Shown here: piece by piece, positions 12,531 through 22,945 of the stretch
Numbering within the stretch: position 1 is the first letter of the stretch
How the letters are laid out: every line of letters begins with the position of its first letter
NCBI GenBank assembly: GCA_951406725.2
Contig: OX597833.1
Span: 56,792,001-56,856,000, forward strand
Origin: Octopus vulgaris
Lineage: Eukaryota
Length of the DNA stretch: 64,000 bases
Direction of reading: 5' to 3'
Position numbers and translations under genes: made by a program
Notes under the pieces: model-generated
Database searches by the model: none
Seen by the model: only the letters and a program-made list of their open reading frames with translations
Told to the model about the DNA's origin: nothing

Positions 12531-15191
12531 GTGTGTTTGATAAAAAATACCTATAATATCTTCTAACGAATGTATCAATCAGCATCTTTAGTATGAGCCT
12601 TGATTAGCTCGATTGAATTGATATCAAAAGATATATTTGCTTTGAATTAAAAGAAATTGGACACATGAAAAAAATATGATGAAAAAAATGTATGTATCAC
12701 ACATTAACTGTAAATGGAAACACACATTTTTATGAGCATATTATCAAATTGAAAAAATAATATCTGAAATCAGTTGACAACATTTAATTAAGACAATAAA
12801 AAAATATAAATAAAGAGCTGAACTTTAATTATGTCTCTTTAAAAGTTTTAATTTAAGCTTGAAAATTTTCAATGTACATATTTTTGTTCGCTTTAAAAAA
12901 AAAAAGGAAAAAACGGAAAAACTTGATAAAATCAGTTTTTAGTATGTAGACTGAAATTTTAGCAAAAAAAAAATAATAAAGAAAATCAATAAGCTCTGAG
13001 GTTATGCTATTCTTATTAAGGAATTCTAGCTGAGCAAAAGTCATGTTCCCTCTATAATATCACTAAAATATATATTTATCTTGTGTTTTAAACTTACAGA
13101 AAAAAAAAACTAATTTAACAAAAGAAGGAATCTTTAAAAAATATCAGCTAATATATATGTAAAGTTTCTTCTGTTTTTTGTGGCGCAAACTAAATAATAA
13201 GTTCTTAATAATTCCATGATATTTATTATTGCAATAAACAGTGATTCAAATGTAGTATTCTTTGAAATGGTATCAATATCTTATAGATAGAAGAATAAAA
13301 ATGAAGATCTGTATGAGTTGGTAATATTTGCCAATCTTGTTAATGCATAGATAAGTGGGCACCATTTTCATGTTAAAAATATACAAATGGGTATATTTAC
13401 CAGTATATTATACAGGTATCAATTTTGTAAACGGTACTTTCTGTTGATGTTATTTGACAAAATGACCAGCCCCGTTTCTTGATTTTATAGTGACATACAT
13501 TTGTCATTGACAACTGGAAACATTTTTATTGGGCTTGAAAACGGTAAGGAAATGGATGAAATGCTCAAATATTACAGGTAAGGTTGAAATCATTTCACTT
13601 TCATCATTCACCAGCATGCTACCAACAAGACAATGAGGACTATGAGTATACCAAGAGTATATCAAGAGGCTCACATCTACACAAGAATTTATATAGATTA
13701 TCTGAGACTGCAGTTTAAATGAACTAATAAAGAGTATGTACAAATGATGAGAATTGCCCAAATTAGAAACAATTTATATAAATTTTAAAACAATTTTTTT
13801 TGTGTTGTTTTATTACAAGGACAGTTTTGTTTAGTTTTTTGAATGATCTGCAAAGACCAAAAGATGCAAAGTAATTGTGTCTTAGATAAAATATGCTACA
13901 AATATAAACCAATATGGTTGTAGGTGAAGATCAATTTCTGTCGGCTTCAAATTTACAGTACATACTTAAACTAACCAGCAAATTTATAGTATGTACTTCA
14001 AATTGACAGCACACACTTAAACGGTCAGAGAATAATTACTATATAAAGGAAAAATGTTAGAAAAAGCAGTTTAGAAAGATCTAAAAATAAGAAAGTTATT
14101 TGAAAACTAATCAAATTTTAGTCTTCCAATAATTGATTTTACAATATAAATTGAGCTTGTCGTTTTAATTTCGGATAAAAATGTTTTTACCATTTAGGAA
14201 ATGAATTATCAAACGAGCTTTTTGAAAGAAGGTGTGTATTTTAGGCTACATAAACAACGAAATCTAGCATAAACAATTAAAACTGTAAAATCGTAAGTAA
14301 ATATTATAATATGCAATTGAAAATTAAAAATCTAAAAACAAAATAATTCAAAACAAGAAATTAAATTCTGCTGGAAATGCAAGTTAGAATCTAAATCTAA
14401 AAAACAAAGCAGCAAAAGAATTTGAATAAAAATTGAAAGTTAATTTTATTTTTAAATAATACTCTGCAGAAAATGTTTGTAATATGATGTAAAATTTTCC
14501 CCCATGTACAGGTATGGAAAACATTAAAAATAGTTCAATAAAAATCTAAAAGTTAACATAGTCAAGAGCTCTTACTTTATTTACCCCAACCCTCTCTTTT
14601 TAAGTAGATGATTGTGTTCAAGTTGGTGGCATGCTTTAGCCCACAAGTAGGAAAGGGCCAAATGTTTAGAACAATTCCGAGCATGGACAATGGACTTCTC
14701 TGCAGGGTGTCACCAAATATAATGCATCACACACAATTTTACAAGTAAAAAAAATCATTATTTCTCTTTTGAGAAAATAACATTTAAAGTTGATGTCTAT
14801 TGATTATGATAGATAATGTGAAGAATAATTGTCACATACAAAATACTATAATCTTTTTAATAGAAAATACTTAGAACCAAGATTGTTAGCAATAATTTTG
14901 CTAACATCTATTCCAAATGTCCTGCATGTGTGTTCTTCAGTTTGCATACTTAGATGCACGTTTATCTTCAAACTGTATGGTTCGTAATTTTACGTAAAGA
15001 ATTCTAGAAGTTTGAGAGTCTTAAAGATCCCCTGCAGCAAGTCCCAATAATAGAATCCAGTGGCAAGGAGTTTGCATGCGAACATTCAGGCTAATGGTAG
15101 TAGTAGTAGAAATGTATGTCTGTCGTAGAAAGCTTTTGAGGAGGGATAACTCCAAATATAGGACACACCAAAATACAAAGCAGTTAAACAA
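12228..15191 (-). other. Putative long 3' UTR of the 838-aa gene with alternative polyadenylation signals
   Basis: About 3 kb of AT-rich DNA with no recognisable transposon downstream of the stop. AATAAA on the minus strand at 13808-13813 and 12228-12233, each followed by U/GU-rich sequence. Confidence 0.5.
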
Positions 15192-17708
15192 CTACAGCAT
15201 ACCTTCCTCTGTTTGAACTTGGTTTTCTCCATTAGGAAGTGACTGTACATCCTGTGAATGACTTATCACATTGGACTCATTGTCCATATCTGCAGACACA
15301 GAACTGCTATTTTCAGTTGGAATTGTGGATTTCTGTACAGGTAATTCCTCCATTGCAACAGTTGGTTGCTGAGAAATTTCAGAATTATCTTTAACTACAA
15401 TAGATTCTTTGTCATCATCAGCAACAGGCACTTGTTCAACAGAACCAGAAATGTCTATCTGCTCAGCGCTGCTTGGACCATTTTCTGTAGATTTATCATT
15501 TTCAGTATTTGCTACCTCATTTTCAGCTGTTACCTCCTCAGTGTGACTGTCACCCTTTCCAGGTGCATTATCAATATCTTGTTCTGAGACTGCTTCTGAT
15601 GTAATTTCACCTGCTGGTGTTAATTCTGTTGCTATCGTCTCTGCTGCTTCTTTTACTTGTTCAGCTTCATCAGCTGATGCTTTCTCTTCCACTACATCAC
15701 TGCTATTATCCTCATTTGTTTTGGCTTCTGATGGTGTTAAAGCTGCCCCTTCTTCTGTATGTACAGACTGAGCAGATTCTTCTACAGCTGGTTGTTTTGT
15801 TTCCTCTTCTGATGGAATTTCCTCAACAGTTTCTTGGGGTTCTAAATGTTCTTCAGCTACAGATTCATGAGGTTCTTCAATAACAGCCTCTTTGAGTTCC
15901 TCAACCACAGCCTCTCCAGCCTCAGCCACTTGAGATTCTTCGACTGCAATTTTTTGCTGTTCTACAGCTTCGTGTTGCTTTTGCTCAAATTCCTGCTGAA
16001 CTTCTTCCAATACTGCTTCTACTAAGCTCTCTTCATAAGGTTTTTTAACAGGTTCTTCAACAATAGCAGTTTTCTCTTCAATATCCACTAAAACTGGGCT
16101 TTCTGTTGATTGTACCTCTTCAACTACAGATTTAACAGCACTAGCTGCTTCTTCTGTTGGTAGTATTAAGTCCTCTTCATAGGCACCTTTAGGAGAGGGT
16201 AATGCTGAAGGTACTTCAGCTGTCATCAAGTCAGTTGACAAAATATTGTTAGATTCAGTATGTTCACTCTTGAAAATCTCTTCAGTTTTCTCTTCATCTT
16301 CCACAACTGGTGGTGGAGGAGGAGGTAAGCTATCTTCTACTTGATGAGCAGCCTCTTCAATTTCTTGCTTCACAGTATCTACAACGGTGTCTACACTGGT
16401 CTCGGTGATGGCTTCAACAATGTTTCCACTGTCAACACTAGTTTCCTGGAGTTCAACCTTAGGCATAACCAGTGCATCTACACTAGTTTCAGTAGCATCA
16501 GGTTCAACAATTTTACCACTATCTACACTAGTCTCGGCAACATCAATATCCAGGGGAACAGCTGGAATATCAACAGGTTCTTCTTTAGAAACTTTATCTT
16601 CAACAAGTTCTTTAACATCACTACTATCAACATTAGATGTTAATACAGTAGATGATTCAGATTCTTTACTAGTGGGAAGAAATTTATCAATTAAAGAGGA
16701 GGGCATTTTCTCAGAAACAGCTGAAATAACAGTTGATACTTTCTCTTCAACAACAGGAACAACCACTTCTTCAACTTTATCAGCAACTTTAGTCACACCT
16801 TCTTTTACTTTTTCTGTAGCAAAGCTTACAATACCGGCATCTTTTGAATCACTTTCAACCTTTTTCACTTCAGTAACTGTTTCTGAAACGGTAGTGATAA
16901 TTGGCTCAGATTTAATTACTTTGCTGGACTCCTTGGTGAAATGTTGAACCTCAGTAACCACATCCTCTTTTGCAGGAACTGAGTCAATTGCTGAGCCGAC
17001 TGAGTCTGAAAATTTACTAACAGACGAAACTACAGTTTTATATTCTTGAGTGGAGCTACTGGTAATTTTGCTCACTGATTCAGTTGCGCTGGTAGTATGT
17101 TTGGTTACTGATTCTGATACATTGTTACTAAGAGTCTTCACAGATTCATTAGTACCAGACACAACTTTACTAACTTGCTCAGAAGCACTGCTTGTAATTT
17201 TGCTCACTTCTTTTGTGACCATAGTCTTACATTCCTCAGTAACAGATTTCACAACTTCAGATGCAACCTCCATTGCAGTTGCTTTAATATCTTCTGCAAC
17301 ATCTTTCTTGTCAACCATAACAAAATCTTCCTCTTTCTTTTCCAAAGTAGACTTAACTTCTTTAGTCACATCTGAGACAGTTGAAGCAGCTTCAGCTGTA
17401 GCAGATGCTACTTCATCTTTCTTTTCCTCAACCGCAGCTTCAACTTTAGCAGCTTCTGCACTCACAGCCTCTCCCACATCTGTCACATTTTTCAGTATGT
17501 CCAACTCTGTTTTATCTATTTGTATATCTGCGGTTCCTTCCTTGCTCACCTCAACACTAACCCCTTGGAGAAGTGGCTCTTGGGCATTTTCCCCAGAAGC
17601 TGCAGGACGTTCAAATAGCACATTTTCTTCATTTTTTTCAACAGGCTTATCTACTAAATTTTCTTCTTCAGCCTCTTTTTTGGCTTGTTTACCCAAAGAA
17701 CACCCCAT
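15192..17708 (-). CDS. Uninterrupted ORF for an 838-aa acidic, intrinsically disordered, probably N-myristoylated/palmitoylated membrane scaffold (AKAP12/GAP43/BASP1/smAKAP-like architecture; no orthologue recognised)
   Basis: 2.5-kb stop-free ORF in AT-rich DNA. ATG context is AAACATGG, with an in-frame TGA upstream at 17748-17750. N-terminus is MGCSLGKQAKK. E/V/S/T/A/K-rich, with no Trp, a single Arg and two Cys. No transposon motifs. Confidence 0.9.
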   Translation of the reverse strand: MGCSLGKQAKKEAEEENLVDKPVEKNEENVLFERPAASGENAQEPLLQGVSVEVSKEGTADIQIDKTELDILKNVTDVGEAVSAEAAKVEAAVEEKKDEVASATAEAASTVSDVTKEVKSTLEKKEEDFVMVDKKDVAEDIKATAMEVASEVVKSVTEECKTMVTKEVSKITSSASEQVSKVVSGTNESVKTLSNNVSESVTKHTTSATESVSKITSSSTQEYKTVVSSVSKFSDSVGSAIDSVPAKEDVVTEVQHFTKESSKVIKSEPIITTVSETVTEVKKVESDSKDAGIVSFATEKVKEGVTKVADKVEEVVVPVVEEKVSTVISAVSEKMPSSLIDKFLPTSKESESSTVLTSNVDSSDVKELVEDKVSKEEPVDIPAVPLDIDVAETSVDSGKIVEPDATETSVDALVMPKVELQETSVDSGNIVEAITETSVDTVVDTVKQEIEEAAHQVEDSLPPPPPPVVEDEEKTEEIFKSEHTESNNILSTDLMTAEVPSALPSPKGAYEEDLILPTEEAASAVKSVVEEVQSTESPVLVDIEEKTAIVEEPVKKPYEESLVEAVLEEVQQEFEQKQHEAVEQQKIAVEESQVAEAGEAVVEELKEAVIEEPHESVAEEHLEPQETVEEIPSEEETKQPAVEESAQSVHTEEGAALTPSEAKTNEDNSSDVVEEKASADEAEQVKEAAETIATELTPAGEITSEAVSEQDIDNAPGKGDSHTEEVTAENEVANTENDKSTENGPSSAEQIDISGSVEQVPVADDDKESIVVKDNSEISQQPTVAMEELPVQKSTIPTENSSSVSADMDNESNVISHSQDVQSLPNGENQVQTEEGML

Positions 17709-18800
17709 GTTTCCTAGCTTACAGTAATTTCTATTTCTCAGAAAATCTCACAAAAATAAGTTTGTATTTAGCTTCACGTTCTCCTTTACTTTCTTAACTT
17801 CTTATTTTTCTTTCAAAGAAAAAAAACTTACAGATCAACAAATAACTTTGAAGAAACAGAAATACTTCTATTTTTTTCCCTTTTGTTGTAAATTATTAAA
17901 GATATAGTGGACTTCGTTAAAGCATACTTAATTCAACAAAACAACAGCAAATCATTCAAATTACAAAATCCAACAAAAATATGTATGCAAAGTCTTTCAA
18001 AGGAGGATATTTGTCATGGATAAAGCAAATATTTTCTCAACTGAAATACTAAATCCAAATAAGGTACTCCAAGTGTTTAATGTTTCCAATATAATTCAAA
18101 AGTAGAAAATTCCAGGTTTCTCTTTTAGTTAGGTATTCAATCAAGAAAAAAAAAAGTTGTGTAAATCCACGTGAAAGCCACAATTATTGCAACTAATTAA
18201 CAGAAGCTAAGTGAGGAAAACCAACTCACCAAAAAAAAGTTGTAGCAAGAATTCTTGAAATACAAATTGAAAATTTTTTTTTTACACAATAATATAAAAA
18301 AAAGTATTTTTTTTTCCTCTCTTTTTAGCACGTGTGATAGTAAAAAATGGCTTATCCAGTACTGCAATTTCTTTTTCTAGTAAAGAATAAATCTCCAAAA
18401 TGTAAATATGAAATAATCCGAGAGTGTAGAATGAAGAAATCAGTCCAAGTTGGTGTTATAAGGTGTGGGCTTTTTGCTTTCTTCAAGAGCCAGCACAAAA
18501 CATATACTGCTATCTCCTCGACAATTATTACAGATAAAATACAAAGGTATATCCCAGCAGAAAAACTGTAATCTTTTTACCAGAATTTGATTTTCATGAA
18601 GTCTTAATTAATTGATTCCAGGATGCATTTCTAACATCACTGCTACAAGACAAACCTTCTGTCAAATTAAGGAGTTCTGTGGTGTGCGCGCGGCTCTGAT
18701 ATGCAGTCTGTAAGCACAGACAAAACCAGGCAATGTAGCTGACTGCTCAGGAGGAAAGCAGAGGGCAGTAGTGGCTGGTTAGAAATCCTAGCTGCCACTC
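17709..18800 (-). promoter_or_regulatory. Putative 5' UTR/proximal promoter of the 838-aa gene
   Basis: Unique, repeat-free sequence. CACGTG at 18168-18173 and 18329-18334, and a CpG patch GTGCGCGCGG near 18683-18693. Possible minus-strand acceptors at 18041 (TATTTCAG) and 18708 (TTTTGTCTGTGCTTACAG). Confidence 0.35.
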
Positions 18801-19424
18801 CTAACAATGTATGAAGATGGTAGCATAGAGAAAAGTGCTGAGAAGAGAGAAGATTCTTTTCCCATCAGTAAAAGTGAGTTGAGATTAACAGCTATCTAGT
18901 CTGAAGGCTAAACTACTACTGCTGTTGTGAAGGTAAAAGTTATGGTAGGTGTAGTAATGACAGAACTGGCAGTGTTGCGAGTAGTTCTTATAGTAGTGGC
19001 AACAGCTAATGCTGGCTACTGCTGCTCACTAAAACTAGTAGTAGTAGTAATAGTAGTAGTAGCAGCAACAGCAGCAGCAGCAGTAGCAGCAATAGTAGTA
19101 GTAGTAGTAGTAGTTGTAGTAGTAGTAAGGATAAAAAGGGAGGAGTATGTCTAAATACACACACACATACAGTACACAAACACACAAACACAAAGAATAT
19201 CCATCCACCAACTGACTAGGTGTCTGCGGCTATGTCAGGGAGAACTGACTGTCTCAGAAAATGGCTATAGTCAGTGAGTGTTATGTTTCCTTTGCTGTTT
19301 CCACTTCTTGCTTGTCTGACAGACTGACTGCCTGTCTAGTTTGATGCCCCTCTCTTCACACATCAATTCCTTTATCCATTCAGTACACCATGGACTTGTA
19401 CACTACTCAGCACCATTCAATCAG

Positions 19425-19568
<144 letters not shown>

Positions 19569-19624
19569 TTCTCAAATGTTGTACAGAATTGAATTTCAAC
19601 CAACAGAAAACTATGAGGAGGGGA

Positions 19625-19655
<31 letters not shown>

Positions 19656-19967
19656 GGAGTAAATTGAGAAGAATGGAAGGGAAATAGTAAAGAAAGGGAA
19701 ATCTAAAGACAAAAGAAAAAGAAAAAAAAAAAAATACATCAACTTCCCTATGGAAAAAGAATACCAATGAGACTAAGTAGTAACAGAGGGGTGAGAGAGA
19801 AAGAGGAAAAAAGTATTTAAGAGAAGGATATTTTCAAGTAAGAAAGGAAATCAGCCTTCTCACTAACAATAAAAAAAAAAAAACACCCAAGTGGAAAATG
19901 CATTCAAGAGAGGATCACTTTAAAATCACCCCTCTCTTTTTCTCTATCTCTCTCCCTCCCTCCCTCC

Positions 19968-20007
<40 letters not shown>

Positions 20008-20181
20008 CTTCTTCTCCATCTACATATCTGCCTATCTAACTGCATTTGCTTTTATTTTTGTTCTTAATAATTGATTAGAAAGTTGCTCCTGCAATAAGGT
20101 AACAATTATTAGCTCATTAATTATTTCCCCCCCACTTACAGCTCTGAATCCCCCACCGCCAGCTACCAAACCATTTCCCCA

Positions 20182-20228
<47 letters not shown>

Positions 20229-22621
20229 TACACCTACATCTACACCCACTATATAACTATATAACAGAACATTCATCAGTACACCACCACTCTCTTAGGT
20301 TGCTCTATTACTAATGTGACTTGCTCCTGATTTTCATCATTATCTCTATGCTACACTAACAACATATTTTGGAAAGGATTTTTTGTTTTCAGGTCCTCTT
20401 TTTTGTAAAATATTGAGTTAACCGAAGAATTCAGGCATTAAAAATTCCCAAAATTATTTTGGTCTAATTATATTGCTTTGCAAATAATTTTGGTTCAGAG
20501 GAGTCACTTTTGGAGGAGTAGAGGGATGGCAGTGCTGGTGCTTATTTATAGACAGCTACTTAGATGTGTCCACTTAAATTCTTATATACATATATTTATA
20601 CATATATATATATATACAAACATGCATAGCCATTTTCTGGCATATATGGCATGCAAAGATGTATATTAATGTATTCTGATGTGGATGAAGAAAGGAAGAA
20701 AGGAAGGAAGGAATAGAAAGATGAAGTATAGTTATTTTGTTAATCAACATTTTGAATATTAAATCAAAAGCTATCAATTTATGAATTCTAGAACAACTAT
20801 ACCACCCCAGTTTTCAATATCTCTCTATCTCTAGAGAGAAATGGATAATTTGACCACACACACACGCACGCGTGCGCATGTGTGTGTGTGTGTGTGCACT
20901 CTCATAAACCATGCTTTATTTAAAAATGTATGTGAGCTACATTTCATACTAGTTATGTGTACACATCGTTCACATTACACACATAATAAAACAGATACAC
21001 TACATACCGCCACACAATATACGTTATGCACCCACCCACTTTGGTTCTATTTTGTAGTTGGAAGGAAACCGTTCACTTTTATGTTGTTAATACTTTCGGA
21101 AAAGCATGAATGCCACGATATCAGCCAAACTCAGAGATTATGAAAATATATTTATTTAAGCAACTATGTGTGTATGTAATGTATACTATGTATGTATGTA
21201 TGCATGCATGCATACAGTATACATACATACAGAGAGAGAGAGAGAGAGAGAGAGTCAGAGACAGTAAGAATGAATGATATTAGACAGTATAGAAATTTAT
21301 CATTCACATTTAGTTGATTTAATGCAGGTTATATTCTAAAATATAGGGCAATATACACATTAAATACAAAGTCGTATATTTCATACATGTTAGTCATGGT
21401 CATACATAACAGAAACTTTTTCTTGTTTCCTTTTTATTTGCTTTTTTTTTCTTTTCACTTGGTAGATGTACATATGCATACAGATGCCTAATAAAATGCA
21501 TGCATTTTACGTTTGATGTGTAGCAGTTAATATGATTAAAGCTTTTGGTGGGGGCAAGGAGGAGGGGCATAAAATTTTGTTAGTCATAATGGAATGACCA
21601 TGCTGATTAGTAAAACTGTAAACAGGATTTTCAGAGCCATTTACTTGGTATCAGTTGGCATTTATTATGAAGTGACATCTTAAAGCCACTGCTGCTGAGC
21701 TTCCAGAAAAGGACAAATAATACAAATGGCAGGTATAGGAGCAGAGGAAGGGAGAATAGGGGTAAGAAGGCAGAAGAGGATGGAAATGAAAGGCTGAAAA
21801 AAAAGAAGTAAAAAAAAAATAAATAAAGCTGTGATTTGATGAATGAAATTAGTGGGAATGAAAAAAAGAAACTGAAGGAATGATGAATACCAGGTAAGAA
21901 TTAAAAAGAGATAGATAGAGAGAATGAAATAAGCTGGAAAGAAAATTATGATAAAATATAAGGGAAAAAGGCTCCAGATTTAGAAGAAATTGTTGCTTAA
22001 TTCCTTGAGTCATTTTCACATGACTTCAATTATTTGGGGTTTAAATCGGAACCGAATTTAAAATTATTTAATTGTATTACGAAGCGAATATTTTAAAAAT
22101 CTATATGTATGTGCATAACTATGAATAAAAGATTGCATGTGATGACACAATGTAATGATACGCACGTGATGATAATTCATGTGTGCAAGGGTTCTTGCAA
22201 GGGTATGCACATGTGGTTGTGTATTTCGATGAGTGTTTGTATGCTAAAGTGTGTCTGTATAAGCATTATTATCGAACATGTATGCACAATAAAACAGCTA
22301 TTTTTCACGTTTTATCAAATATACAGGTGATGGTTGTAAAAAAAGAATTCGATAGTTATGCCAAAGATTGGTCCAGTTGAATTACTTTCAGACTTATCCA
22401 TCAGACATTACAGCCACAGATATATGACAGATATTGCATATAAGATTATGCAACTGAAACACATATATACATATCTTTATATAAATATATACATACATGC
22501 ATACATACATATTAATGTAATAAAACTCTGAGTAGTAACAAAGAATAAACTCAACACACCAATAAAATACATTTATATTGATGCGTATGTGCGTATATAT
22601 CAATATCTTTCTATTTCTCTA

Positions 22622-22655
<34 letters not shown>

Positions 22656-22718
22656 GATATATATATATATATACACACATACACATACATATACCTAAAT
22701 ACACACACACACGCACAC

Positions 22719-22753
<35 letters not shown>

Positions 22754-22787
22754 TACACAATCTCATTCTTTCTCCCACTCTCATTTG

Positions 22788-22945
22788 AGCTTCTTTCAGT
22801 TTCCATCTGTCATATTAACTCACAAGGCTTTGTGGTTAGTCTGGGACTATAATAGAAGACACTTTCCTAAGGTGAGACATAGTAAGGCTGAACTTGAAAC
22901 CATGTGATTCGAAAGCGAACCTCTTAACCACACAGTTATGCTTAC
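22788..22945 (-). mobile_element. Family A SINE 5' portion
   Basis: AGCTTCTTTCAGTTTCCATCTG...ACTCACAAGGCTTTG...CCACACAG. Confidence 0.7.

Noticed and set aside
16387-17727. Antisense ORFs of 186 and 225 aa (and shorter ones) overlapping the main CDS
   Set aside because: Shadow frames produced by the codon composition of the E/V/K/T-rich sense gene; the S/T/L-rich translation has no independent signal.
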